A stretch of 64,000 nucleotides of DNA, taken from assembly GCA_038321865.1 (NCBI GenBank), contig JBBQFH010000010.1, positions 35,793 through 99,792 on the forward strand. Reading direction: 5' to 3'. The notes under the pieces are model-generated. The model was given only the letters and a program-made list of their open reading frames with translations, was not told where the DNA came from and made no database searches. Made by a program: the position numbers and the translations under genes. Numbering within the stretch: position 1 is the stretch's first letter; every line of letters begins with the position of its first letter. This DNA is from Gemmatimonadales bacterium (lineage in GTDB: Bacteria > Gemmatimonadota > Gemmatimonadetes > Gemmatimonadales > GWC2-71-9). Positions 1 to 9,822 of this stretch are shown here, piece by piece.

Positions 1-936
1 AAACCGATCACCTTTCGGGGCCAGAATACGGTCAACCTCACCCTGTTCGCCGTGACCGTCGGGTGTTTCTGCTATCTGGTCGCGAGTCCTGGCCATCCGG
101 CGGTGTTCTTCGGCATGATCGGTCTGGCGCTGCTCAGCGGCGTCCTGATGGTGCTTCCCATCGGCGGGGCGGACATGCCGGTGGTGGTCTCGCTGCTCAA
201 CTCGTACGCGGGGCTCGCCGCATCGGCGACCGGATTCGCGATCGGCAACACCGTCCTGATCATTTGCGGGGCGCTGGACGGCGCCTCCGGATTCCTGCTG
301 TCCATCCTGATGAGCAAGGCGATGAACCGCTCGTTCCGGAACGTGATCTTCGGCGCATTCGGCGGCGACGCGACGGCAAAGGCCGGGAAGACGGCGGAAG
401 GGCTGGTCGCCCGGGAAATTTCGATCGAGGACGCGGCCCTGCAACTGGCCTACGCACGGAAAGTGGTCGTCGTGCCGGGCTACGGCATGGCCGTGGCCCA
501 GTCACAGCATCAGGTGCGCGAACTGGCCGAGCTGATCGAGCGGCGGGGCGGCGAGGTGAAGTACGCCATCCATCCCGTTGCCGGCCGCATGCCCGGGCAC
601 ATGAACGTCCTGCTCGCCGAGGCGAACGTGCCCTACGACCGCCTATACGACATGGATGAGATCAACGACCAGTTCGAGCAGACCGATGTCGCGCTGGTCA
701 TCGGCGCCAACGACGTGGTGAACCCCGCCGCCAGGACCGATCCGTCCAGTCCGATTTTCGGGATGCCGATTCTCAACGTGAATCAGGCGCGGGCCGTGAT
801 CGTGCTCAAGCGCAGCATGAACCCCGGATTTGCCGGCATCGAGAATGAGTTGTTCTTCGATCCGCGCACGTCCATGCTGTTCGGAGACGCCAAGGCCTCG
901 CTCACCCGGCTCATCACCGAAGTGAAGACGGTCTGA
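1..936 (+). CDS. pntB: NAD(P)+ transhydrogenase beta subunit (5' truncated by window)
   Basis: Frame is open from base 1. Motifs IGGADMPVVVSLLNSY, VPGYGMAVAQ, HPVAGRMPGHMNVLLAEA and GANDVVNPAA. Confidence 0.97.
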   Translation, partial: KPITFRGQNTVNLTLFAVTVGCFCYLVASPGHPAVFFGMIGLALLSGVLMVLPIGGADMPVVVSLLNSYAGLAASATGFAIGNTVLIICGALDGASGFLLSILMSKAMNRSFRNVIFGAFGGDATAKAGKTAEGLVAREISIEDAALQLAYARKVVVVPGYGMAVAQSQHQVRELAELIERRGGEVKYAIHPVAGRMPGHMNVLLAEANVPYDRLYDMDEINDQFEQTDVALVIGANDVVNPAARTDPSSPIFGMPILNVNQARAVIVLKRSMNPGFAGIENELFFDPRTSMLFGDAKASLTRLITEVKTV

Positions 937-1054
937 CACGGGGGCTCGTCCGGCGGGCCAACGTCCGGCCGCCGGCATGCGTACCACACGATAGCCTCTC
1001 CAAAGCGCCCGCCGCCGTGCGGACGCGCCGATCACCCGAAGCCGGAGTCTCACC

Positions 1055-1750
1055 ATGCATCGCGTCACCCTCCTTGGCAGCCTCCTGATCGCCGCCGGCC
1101 TGCCGCTGCAGGCACAGGATGTCTGTTCGCAATATCGCCCCACGCCCGTCCAGGGCAGCTGGGCCCAGTACAAGAGCAACCGGAACGGTCAGGACATCAT
1201 GACGCGCATGGCGGTGGTCGGCCATGAGAAGCGGGATGGCAAGGATGCCGTCTGGTTCGAGACGAGCACCGAGAGCCCGCGCGGGAAGATGATCAACGAG
1301 GTGCTCGTCCCGACCTACCCGTTCGAGCAGACTGAGGTCATGGAAGTCGTGATGAAGCGTGGCGATCAGCCCGCCACCAAGCTCTCCCCGGGCATGATGG
1401 CGATGATGCGCGGCGGGATGGGCGGTCAGGGCCAGGGCGGCCAGGGCAGCGCACCGGGCGCGGGCCGGGGAGCGGGCGGCGGCCGGGGCATGGGCATGAC
1501 CTGGGCGCAGCAGTGCAAGGGCCTCACGGTTGTGGGCGCCGAGTCGGTGACGGTGCCGGCCGGCACGTTCAAGGTGACGCACCTCCGGAATGTCGCTGAC
1601 AGCACCGACGTCTGGGTGAGCCGCGAGACGCCGTTCGGGCTGGTCAAGTCGACCGGACCCCGCGGCGCCATGGAACTGCAGTCGACCGGCAAGGATGCCA
1701 AGAAGTCGATCACCGAGACACCGCAGGAAGCACAGATGCCCGGCATGTAG
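1055..1750 (+). CDS. Secreted hypothetical protein with Gly/Met-rich linker
   Basis: GGAG RBS; signal peptide ending LQA-Q; ESVTVPAGTF motif; low-complexity GGMGGQGQGGQG segment. Confidence 0.75.
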   Translation: MHRVTLLGSLLIAAGLPLQAQDVCSQYRPTPVQGSWAQYKSNRNGQDIMTRMAVVGHEKRDGKDAVWFETSTESPRGKMINEVLVPTYPFEQTEVMEVVMKRGDQPATKLSPGMMAMMRGGMGGQGQGGQGSAPGAGRGAGGGRGMGMTWAQQCKGLTVVGAESVTVPAGTFKVTHLRNVADSTDVWVSRETPFGLVKSTGPRGAMELQSTGKDAKKSITETPQEAQMPGM

Positions 1751-2016
1751 TCCGGCCCTTCGGAGCGGGGCGGGCGACGGGTGGTCGCCCCCCGCTTGCG
1801 AACGGGTGGAACCGGGAGCGTGCAAGTGGTGTTAATACAAGCGTCTATGATGCGGAACGGCGCCCTCGAGCGCGGCTCGGGTCGGATCCGGCCGATCGCG
1901 CCTGCCGGGCAGAGCAATCGGCTGCACTATGCACCTAACCGATTTGGCGCTGATCGTCGTCTTTTTTCACGACGCATCGGCGCAACTCCCGCTCCCGCCG
2001 CGATTTAGCTAAACTG

Positions 2017-2045
2017 TTGATTTTATGTGTGTTAGGCCATATATT
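2017..2045 (+). promoter_or_regulatory. sigma70-type promoter of the sigma factor gene
   Basis: TTGATT-N17-TATATT in an AT-rich island; palindrome TTTAGCTAAA at 2004-2013 just upstream. Confidence 0.65.
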
Positions 2046-2120
2046 GTCGGACTGTACCCCGAGCCCCATCCCGTGGCCTGCAGCGTACAGGGGATGCGAA
2101 TCCCACAGGAGGCTGTGAGC

Positions 2121-3014
2121 GTGACAATTAAAGCACGTGCCAAGCGGCGCCCGGTTCGGCCGGCGCAGATCGCTCGCGCAGTGGACGAAGGTCGGGAGAG
2201 CCTCGACCTCTATCTGGATGAGATCAGTCGGGTTCCCCTGCTCAACCGCGAAGAGGAAATGGAGCTCGCCCGCAAGGCGTTCCGTGGCAGCGTGGTCGCC
2301 CAGGAAAAACTGGCGCGGCACAACGTGCGGTTCGTCGTGTCGGTCGCCAAGAAGTTCCAGAACCGCGGCGTGCCCCTCGTCGACCTGATCGGTGAGGGCA
2401 ACCTCGGGCTCATGACGGCGGCCCGGAAGTTCGATCCGGATCGCGGCGTGAAGTTCATCTCCTATGCGGTGTGGTGGATCCGCCAGGCGGTGCAGGCCGC
2501 GATCGCGCGTCACGGCCGCCCGGTGCGGGTCCCGCTCAATCGTACGGCCGACCTCAGCCGGCTCGGACGCACGACCACGCTCCTCAAGGATCGCCTCGGC
2601 CGCATGCCGACGACCGAAGAGCTGGCGCGCGCCACCGGCCTGACCGTCGAGGCCGTGCGCAGCCTGAGCGCGCTCAACTCGGAGGCGGTCCGCCTCGATC
2701 ACCCCACTCGTGACGGTGAAGGCAACGAGCGGATCGAGCGGTTCGCCAGCGGTGAGCAGGAAAGCACCGACATGTCCACCATGGCCAACAGCCAGACGCA
2801 GGACATCGAGGCGGCCCTCAGCGTCCTGCCGCCGAGGGACGCGAAAGTGCTTCGGCTGTATTTCGGTCTCGACGACGGCAACAGCCGCACGCTGGAGGAG
2901 ATCGGACGGATGATGGGAGTCACACGGGAGCGGATTCGGCAGCTGCGCGACCGGGCGCTGGTCCGGCTGCGCGAGGGCGAGACCGGCGACCGGCTGCGGG
3001 ATCTGGTCGCCTGA
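2121..3014 (+). CDS. RNA polymerase sigma factor, RpoD/RpoS family (no region 1.1)
   Basis: YLDEISRVPLL (region 1.2), DLIGEGNLGL, FDPDRGVKFISYAVWWIRQ, TLEEIG..VTRERIRQ. Start placed at GTG 2121 after AGGAGG. Confidence 0.93.
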   Translation: MTIKARAKRRPVRPAQIARAVDEGRESLDLYLDEISRVPLLNREEEMELARKAFRGSVVAQEKLARHNVRFVVSVAKKFQNRGVPLVDLIGEGNLGLMTAARKFDPDRGVKFISYAVWWIRQAVQAAIARHGRPVRVPLNRTADLSRLGRTTTLLKDRLGRMPTTEELARATGLTVEAVRSLSALNSEAVRLDHPTRDGEGNERIERFASGEQESTDMSTMANSQTQDIEAALSVLPPRDAKVLRLYFGLDDGNSRTLEEIGRMMGVTRERIRQLRDRALVRLREGETGDRLRDLVA

Positions 3015-3038
3015 TTTCGGCAGAGTGAACAACGATTG

Positions 3039-3066
3039 GGCCGCCGCGGGGTTCACCGCGGCGGCC
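3039..3066. terminator. Intrinsic terminator between convergent sigma gene and acnA
   Basis: GGCCGCCGCGG-N6-CCGCGGCGGCC followed by TTGTTCGTTT. Confidence 0.75.
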
Positions 3067-3082
3067 TTGTTCGTTTCCGATC

Positions 3083-5899
3083 TCAGGCGGTGACGGCGCC
3101 TTTGGCGAATTGCCGCAGGACGCGCTGCAGGATCCCGCCGTGGCGGTAGTAGTCGAGCTCGACCGGCGAGTTGAGCCGCACCACCGCATCGAACGTGATC
3201 GCCTTACCGCTCTCCTTCCGTGCCGTCACTGCCACCCGCCCGCCCGGCACCAGACCCTGCGCGATCCCCGTGAGCGTGAACGTCTCAGTGCCCGTGAGGC
3301 CAAGCGACCGGCGATCCACTCCCGGCTCGTAGCTCAAAGGCAGCACCCCCATCCCGACCAGGTTGCTCCGGTGGATTCGCTCGTAGCTGTCGGCGATGAC
3401 GGCCCGCACACCGAGCAGCGTAGTGCCCTTGGCGGCCCAGTCCCGGCTCGAGCCGGTGCCGTACTCCTTGCCGGCCAGGATGAGCAGTGGCGTGCCTTCC
3501 GCCGCGTAGCGCATGGCGGCGTCGTAGATCGATACCGTCTCGCCGGTGGGGAAGTGCACCGTCCAGTTCCCCTCCTTGCCGGGGACCAGCGCGTTGGAAA
3601 TCCGGACGTTGCCGAAGGTGCCTCGCATCATCACTTCGTGATTGCCGCGCCGGGAGCCGAAGGTGTTCCAGTCACGTTGCTGAACGCCGTGGTCCATGAG
3701 ATAGCGCGCTGCCGGGCCGTTCTTGGGAATGGCCCCCGCCGGGGAGATATGGTCGGTCGTCACCGAATCGCCGAGCACGGCCAGGACGCGCGCATCGATG
3801 ACGTCGGTCAGTGGCGCGGGCTCGGGCGGCAACGCCTGGAAGAATGGGGGTTCCTGGACGTAGGTCGACGCCGGGTCCCAGGCATATCGGCTGCCCCCGG
3901 GGACTTCGAGTGCCTGCCAGGTCGCGTCGCCGTCGAAGACAGTCGCATACTGCTCGCGAAACAATTCGGGCTTGAGCGACGCGGCCATCGTGTCGCGAAT
4001 CTCCTCCGGCGTCGGCCAGATTTCGCTGAGGTAGACGGGAGTCCCGTCGCTGCTGTTCGCGATCGCTTCGCGGGTCAGGTCGATGTTGACCCGGCCCGCG
4101 AGCGCAAAGGCGACCACGAGCATGGGAGACGCCAGATAGTTCGCCCGGACCAGCGGGTGAATGCGCGCCTCGAAGTTCCGGTTGCCGCTCAGGACCGCGG
4201 CCGTGACCAGCGAGTTCTCCTCGATCAGCTGGCTGACGATGTCGGGAAGCGGTCCCGAGTTCCCGATGCATGTGGTGCATCCGTAGCCGACCGTCTGAAA
4301 CTGCAGCCGCTCGAGATAGGGCATGACGCCCGCAGCCCGCAGGTATTCGGTGACGACGCGCGAGCCGGGGGCCAGGCTGGTCTTCACCCACGGCTTGGTG
4401 CTGAGGCCCCGCTCGATGGCCTTTTTGGCCAGCAGGCCGGCACCGATCATTACCGACGGGTTTGAGGTGTTCGTGCAGCTGGTGATCGCCGCAATCACGA
4501 TGGAGCCGTCGTGCAGCGAGATGTCGGCGCCATCGAGCACGCCCTGCACGACCGGGGGTGCATCGTCCGGCACCGCGGGAGCAGCGGCGGGGTCTGCGGT
4601 CGCGACGTTGGCGCCGCCTTCACCCATCCAGCGCGAATAGGCGTGCTGGGCCAGCTCCCGCCGGGCGGCCGGGGTTGTCGCGCTCATGAGTCCGGGCAGA
4701 TTCACGATGAAATCGCGCCGGAGCCCGCCGAGCGGAACCAGGTCCTGCGGCCGGCGCGGGCCCGCCAGGCTCGGTGTGATGCTCCCGAGGTCGAGCTCGA
4801 CGACCGCCGTGAACTCCGGGTCGGGCGTGTCGTCGGTGCGAAACAGCCGCTGGGCCCGGCAGTACGCCTCGACCGCCGCCACGTGAGCGGCCTCGCGTCC
4901 GGTCCGCTCGAGATACCGGAGCGCCTCGACATCCACCGGGAAGAATCCCATCGTGGCCCCATACTCCGGCGCCATGTTCGCGATCGTGGCGCGATCGGCG
5001 AGGCCCAGACTGGAGAGCCCCGTCCCGAAGAACTCGACGAACTTGTCCACCACCCCCTGTTTGCGGAGCATCTGGGTGACGCGGAGGACGAGATCCGTGG
5101 CGGTGGTGCCGACCGGCAGGGCGCCGTGCAGCTTCACGCCGATGACGTCGGGCACCAGCATGAAGTAGGGCTGGCCCAGCATCACCGCCTCCGCCTCGAT
5201 GCCGCCGACGCCCCAGCCGAGCACGCCGAGACCGTTGATCATCGTGGTGTGCGAGTCGGTGCCGACGACGGTGTCAGGATAGGCCGTGAGTTCGCCGAAC
5301 TGCTCGCGCAGCTGCACGACCGGGGCGAGATGCTCGAGGTTCACCTGGTGGACGATGCCCATGCCGGGCGGCACGACGCGGAAGTTCCGGAACGCACGCT
5401 GGGCGAACTTCAGCAGCTGGTACCGCTCGCGATTCCGCTCCATTTCCAGCTCGACATTCAGCCCGTACGCGCTCGCCGATCCGTAATGATCCACCTGTAC
5501 CGAATGGTCGATCACCAGGTCGCACGGCACGACCGGGTTGATCATGTCGGGGTCACCCTCCATGCGGGCCATCGCGTCGCGCATCGCGGCGAGGTCGACG
5601 ACGCAGGGGACGCCGGTGAAGTCCTGCAGCACCACGCGGGCCGGCATGAACGGGATTTCGCTGCGGGATGTGGCAACCGGGGCCCAGCCGGCGAGCTGAC
5701 GGACGTGGCTTTCCGTCACGACACCGCGGCCGGTATGCCGGAGCAGGTTTTCCAGAAGCACGCGAATGGAGAAGGGGAGTCGATCGATCCGGGCGATCTC
5801 TTGCCGGTCCAGCTCCGACAGGCGATAGATTACGGCATCGGCGCCGGCGAGGCGGACGGTGCTGCGGACCCCGAATGGATCTGTCGTCTGTGTCGTCAT
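3083..5899 (-). CDS. acnA: Aconitate hydratase A
   Basis: RVVLQDFTGVP, GTDSHTTM, AAITSCTNTSNP, GYGCTTCIGNSG, GSSRDWAAKG. Confidence 0.98.
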   Translation of the reverse strand: MTTQTTDPFGVRSTVRLAGADAVIYRLSELDRQEIARIDRLPFSIRVLLENLLRHTGRGVVTESHVRQLAGWAPVATSRSEIPFMPARVVLQDFTGVPCVVDLAAMRDAMARMEGDPDMINPVVPCDLVIDHSVQVDHYGSASAYGLNVELEMERNRERYQLLKFAQRAFRNFRVVPPGMGIVHQVNLEHLAPVVQLREQFGELTAYPDTVVGTDSHTTMINGLGVLGWGVGGIEAEAVMLGQPYFMLVPDVIGVKLHGALPVGTTATDLVLRVTQMLRKQGVVDKFVEFFGTGLSSLGLADRATIANMAPEYGATMGFFPVDVEALRYLERTGREAAHVAAVEAYCRAQRLFRTDDTPDPEFTAVVELDLGSITPSLAGPRRPQDLVPLGGLRRDFIVNLPGLMSATTPAARRELAQHAYSRWMGEGGANVATADPAAAPAVPDDAPPVVQGVLDGADISLHDGSIVIAAITSCTNTSNPSVMIGAGLLAKKAIERGLSTKPWVKTSLAPGSRVVTEYLRAAGVMPYLERLQFQTVGYGCTTCIGNSGPLPDIVSQLIEENSLVTAAVLSGNRNFEARIHPLVRANYLASPMLVVAFALAGRVNIDLTREAIANSSDGTPVYLSEIWPTPEEIRDTMAASLKPELFREQYATVFDGDATWQALEVPGGSRYAWDPASTYVQEPPFFQALPPEPAPLTDVIDARVLAVLGDSVTTDHISPAGAIPKNGPAARYLMDHGVQQRDWNTFGSRRGNHEVMMRGTFGNVRISNALVPGKEGNWTVHFPTGETVSIYDAAMRYAAEGTPLLILAGKEYGTGSSRDWAAKGTTLLGVRAVIADSYERIHRSNLVGMGVLPLSYEPGVDRRSLGLTGTETFTLTGIAQGLVPGGRVAVTARKESGKAITFDAVVRLNSPVELDYYRHGGILQRVLRQFAKGAVTA

Positions 5900-5960
5900 G
5901 TCTCGCGGAATCCCGTCGTATGGGTATCAAGCCGCGGGAATTATATAAGCAGGAGGCCGT

Positions 5961-6293
5961 TTGGGGACGCTGCCACCGGTACCATATGCCATCACGCGCC
6001 GGCCGGAGGGCCTGCTCGTCGAATGGGACGCGTCCGGGCACACCTGCACTTACCCTGCCCGTGAGCTCCGGCTGGCCTGCCGCTGCGCGGCGTGTGTCGA
6101 GGAGATGAGTGGCCGGCCGCTGCTCGATCCATCGGCGGTGCCGCTCGATGTGCGGCCGGACGCGGTCTCGCTGGTGGGCGCGTACGGCCTGCGGGTGCGC
6201 TGGAGCGACGGGCACGATACCGGGATCTACGGGTTCGATCGGCTCCTGGCGGACTGCCGCTGCGCGCGGTGCGCGGCGGCACGGACACGGTAG
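5961..6293 (+). CDS. DUF971 / GBBH-N-like metal-binding protein
   Basis: LRLACRCAAC, VGAYGLRVRWSDGHDTGIY; AGGAGG upstream of TTG. Confidence 0.85.
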   Translation: MGTLPPVPYAITRRPEGLLVEWDASGHTCTYPARELRLACRCAACVEEMSGRPLLDPSAVPLDVRPDAVSLVGAYGLRVRWSDGHDTGIYGFDRLLADCRCARCAAARTR

Positions 6294-6367
6294 CGCGAGG
6301 CTGGTGCAGCGCCGCATTCGGTGATAATCTCGACCGCTCGTGTCCCTGACTTGACGGGAGTCGCTGC

Positions 6368-6664
6368 ATGGTGGCTGGCCGGCGGATCTGGATCCTCATC
6401 TGGTACGGCATGCTGTTCATCGGCGTGCTCGGCCTCGGCGCCTCGGTCTACTGGGCGCGGCTCACGCACTGGCGCAATCTCGATGAGTTCCTCCGCGGCA
6501 TCGGCACCGTCCTCGTGTCGGCGGGGATGCTGGTGCTCCTGCACGGTGTGGGGGACGTCGTCGGTACGGCCCTCATGATCGGCGCGGTTGGCGCCTTCGT
6601 GGCGGCCTTCGTCGTGGGCCGGCGGATCGGGCCGCCGGAGGGGGACGAACCACCGGCCCCGTGA
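6368..6664 (+). CDS. Small membrane protein (3 TM)
   Basis: GGAG RBS and three hydrophobic segments. Confidence 0.75.
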   Translation: MVAGRRIWILIWYGMLFIGVLGLGASVYWARLTHWRNLDEFLRGIGTVLVSAGMLVLLHGVGDVVGTALMIGAVGAFVAAFVVGRRIGPPEGDEPPAP

Positions 6665-6764
6665 CGCAGACCACTGGCCAGCGGCGCCCGCCGGCCCAGA
6701 TTGCGGCGTTGCAGCCCCGACCCGCTTCCCGGTTGTACCAGGCCCCTTTATGCGGTGAGGCTCC

Positions 6765-7289
6765 ATGCCGTCGCAGCGTCACTCCGTCGTCCGTGAGGGG
6801 ATCGTCACCGGTGCCATCGGCGCCGCGGTGGTCGCGCTCTGGTATTTCGTGGTGGATCTCGCAGCCGGGCGTCCCCTCCACACGCCGACCATGATCGGCC
6901 AGCTGTTCCTCCACGGCGCCGGGGGCATGACGCAGGCCGTGTCCCCCGCCGCGGTGCTCGTGGCCACGCTGGTGCACGGGGCCGCCTTCGCCGTGGTTGG
7001 TCTCGCACTCACGGCGCTGGTGCACCTGGCCTCACGGGAAATCGCCTGGCGGATGGGTGTCCTGATCGGACTGGTCATCGCCCTCGGGTTTTCGGCGGGC
7101 ATGATGTTCGCCCTCGCGCCCGCCACGGGGGAACGGTTTCAGAGCTGGGTGGTGATCGGGGGCAGCATGCTGGCGGTGGCCGCCATGGCCGTGCATCTCT
7201 GGCGCCGGCACCCGGTGCTGGCCGGGTCGTTCCGCGACGTGCCGCTGGGCGACGAGACCGAATCCGCCCCGCACCCGCCGCACCGCTGA
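6765..7289 (+). CDS. Hypothetical membrane protein (4 TM)
   Basis: GAGG RBS, four hydrophobic helices, normal codon usage. Confidence 0.75.
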   Translation: MPSQRHSVVREGIVTGAIGAAVVALWYFVVDLAAGRPLHTPTMIGQLFLHGAGGMTQAVSPAAVLVATLVHGAAFAVVGLALTALVHLASREIAWRMGVLIGLVIALGFSAGMMFALAPATGERFQSWVVIGGSMLAVAAMAVHLWRRHPVLAGSFRDVPLGDETESAPHPPHR

Positions 7290-7359
7290 GGTCGCCCGCC
7301 GTTTACGCTGCTCACGGACCCGGCTAGCTTCCCCCATCCTCCTCAACCGGCCGGGGTCC

Positions 7360-9822
7360 GTGCACCTGCGCTCGCTCATCGTTGCGGTCCTGTCGTGCGC
7401 CGTCGTTCCGTCTCATTCCCTGCTGGCCCAGCTCCAACCGCCCTCCACTGGCGGCATCGTTGCATTGCACCAGGAGCTCCGGATGCTGGGGCACACCCAG
7501 CGCGTGCTCATGATCGGCGCGCATCCGGACGATGAGGACACCGAACTGCTGACGCTGCTGGTGCGCGGCGAAGGGGCGGAATCGGCCTATCTGTCCCTCA
7601 ACAGGGGCGAAGGCGGACAGAACCTTATCGGCGCCGAGCTGGGGGAGGCGCTGGGTCTCCTCCGGACCGAGGAGCTGCTGGCGGCACGGCGTCTCGACGG
7701 CGCCCAGCAGTTCTTCACCCGCGCGTACGATTTCGGATTCTCCAAGACGCTCGACGACACCTGGGCCCACTGGCCGCGCGACAGCATTCTCAAGGACGTC
7801 GTGCGCATCGTGCGTCGGTTCCGGCCGCAGGTCGTGGTCTCGATCTTCAGCGGCACCCCACGCGATGGGCACGGCCAGCATCAGGCCGCCGGCTGGGCCG
7901 CGCAGGAGGCATTTCGCGTAGCCGGTGACCCGGCGCGGTTCCCGGAACTCGAGCGCGAGGAGGGACTCGCGCCCTGGACGCCGCTGAGGCTGTACCGGAG
8001 CGCGCGCTTCGACACCGCGGCCACGACGCTGGCGGTGGATGGCGGCGCGATCGACCCGGCGGTCGGCAAGTCGTACCATCAGACCGCGATGCAGGGCAGG
8101 AGCCTGCACCGCTCGCAGGACATGGGCCAGCTGCAGCGCATCGGCCCGTCGCCGGTGCGGCTCGCACTGTGGCAGGACCGAACCGGCGGCGGGGCGGCCA
8201 GCCTCTTCGCGGGTCTCGACACGACGCTTGCGGCATCCGCGGCCGACACGGCGCGGTCGGCCGAGTGGCGGTCGATCGGCGGCGACCTGAGCCGCGCGGA
8301 CGCGCTGGGCGCACCGGCGCTTGTGAAGCTGCGGCAGCGCTTCGTGGCCGCAGCCGGCGGCACGAGCCGGCTGACGCCCGCCCAGCGCGACCAGCTGATG
8401 CATCTCGACGCCGCGCTGGAGAACCTCCGCGGCATCGTGTGCGACGCGGTGGCCGACGACGATCGCGTGGTGCCGGGCCAGATGCTCCGCATCACCACGA
8501 CCTGCAGCGGCTCGCCATCGGCGGCGCCGGAGCTGATCTATCGCGGTACGACGCTGGACGGCCGGTCGACCGATGCGTTCGCGGTGCCGGACACGGCCGT
8601 CCTGTCGCGTCCCTATTTCCTGGCTGATCCGAAGCACGGCGATCTCTACAGCTGGCGGGATGTCGCGCCTCAGTCGCGGGGGCTGCCTCGCGAGGCCCCG
8701 ACGCTCGCGCTGCGCTATGACGGTGTCGTCACGGAAGTCGCCTTTCGCTACAACGACCAGGCGGTCGGCGAGCGGAGGAAGCCGGTGACGATCGTGCCGC
8801 GCGTGGACGTCAAGATCGATCCCGACACCGCGCTCTGGAGCACCGCCTCTCGAGGGATTCGGCATTTCCGCGTTACCGTGACGCATGGCGCGCGGGATAC
8901 GACGTCCGGCCGGGTACGGCTGGAAGTGCCGGCGGGATGGGCCGCGCCCGCGCCGCAGGCCTTCCGGTTTGCCCACGAAGACGAGACGGCAGCATTCGAC
9001 TTCCAGCTGAGGACGCCCGACCCGTTGGCGGCGATGACCTATGAGGTCCGCGCGATCGCCGAGGACAGCCGCGGCCACCGGTACGATGGCGGCGTCTACA
9101 CGATCGACTACCCGCACATTCGGGCGCGCTCCTACACCGCCGCCGCCGCGGCCCGGATCGTGGCGGCGCCGCTGGCGCTGCCGAGTTTGTCTCGAGTGGG
9201 CTATGTGCGGGGCGCCGCCGACCGCGTTCCGGAGTCGCTCATCGGCGCCGGCGTCGCCGTGGAGCTGCTCGATCCGTCTGCGCTCGCGCGGGGAGACCTG
9301 TCGCGCTACGACGTCATCGTCGTCGGGCCCCGCGCCTACGAAACCGATACGGCGCTCATCGCGCATAACGGGCGGCTGCTGGATTATGCCCGCGCCGGAG
9401 GCATGGTTCTGGTGCAGTACCAGCAGTACCAGTTTATCCGGGGCGGGTTCGCGCCGCTCCCCATGACGATCGCGAGCCCGCACGACCGGGTCACCGACGA
9501 GAATGCACCGGTGCGAGCGCTCGATCCGAACAGCGCCGCGCTGCAACGGCCCAACGCGCTCAACGACAGCGACTGGCGCGGCTGGGTGCAGGAGCGCGCA
9601 CTCTACATGGCGCATACATGGGACCCGGCCTACCGGCCGGTCCTCGAGATGCACGACCCGGGCGAGGCCGCGCAGGACGGCGGACTGCTGGTGGCGTCGA
9701 TCGGGAAAGGCACCTACGTCTACACCGGGCTGGCCTTCTTCCGGGAGCTGCCGGCGGGCGTTCCCGGCGCGTACCGCCTGTTCGCCAACCTGCTCGCGCT
9801 GAGCCGGAGGCCGAGCCCCTGA
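7360..9822 (+). CDS. Secreted PIG-L family deacetylase (large multidomain form)
   Basis: Signal peptide; AHPDDED, RGEGGQN, FTRAYDFGFSK and HGQH motifs; C-terminal Ig-like and GATase-like regions. Confidence 0.9.
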   Translation: MHLRSLIVAVLSCAVVPSHSLLAQLQPPSTGGIVALHQELRMLGHTQRVLMIGAHPDDEDTELLTLLVRGEGAESAYLSLNRGEGGQNLIGAELGEALGLLRTEELLAARRLDGAQQFFTRAYDFGFSKTLDDTWAHWPRDSILKDVVRIVRRFRPQVVVSIFSGTPRDGHGQHQAAGWAAQEAFRVAGDPARFPELEREEGLAPWTPLRLYRSARFDTAATTLAVDGGAIDPAVGKSYHQTAMQGRSLHRSQDMGQLQRIGPSPVRLALWQDRTGGGAASLFAGLDTTLAASAADTARSAEWRSIGGDLSRADALGAPALVKLRQRFVAAAGGTSRLTPAQRDQLMHLDAALENLRGIVCDAVADDDRVVPGQMLRITTTCSGSPSAAPELIYRGTTLDGRSTDAFAVPDTAVLSRPYFLADPKHGDLYSWRDVAPQSRGLPREAPTLALRYDGVVTEVAFRYNDQAVGERRKPVTIVPRVDVKIDPDTALWSTASRGIRHFRVTVTHGARDTTSGRVRLEVPAGWAAPAPQAFRFAHEDETAAFDFQLRTPDPLAAMTYEVRAIAEDSRGHRYDGGVYTIDYPHIRARSYTAAAAARIVAAPLALPSLSRVGYVRGAADRVPESLIGAGVAVELLDPSALARGDLSRYDVIVVGPRAYETDTALIAHNGRLLDYARAGGMVLVQYQQYQFIRGGFAPLPMTIASPHDRVTDENAPVRALDPNSAALQRPNALNDSDWRGWVQERALYMAHTWDPAYRPVLEMHDPGEAAQDGGLLVASIGKGTYVYTGLAFFRELPAGVPGAYRLFANLLALSRRPSP

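Noticed and set aside
1410..1500. GGCCAGGGC short tandem repeats
   Set aside because: Coding Gly/Gln low-complexity linker, not a CRISPR array or VNTR.
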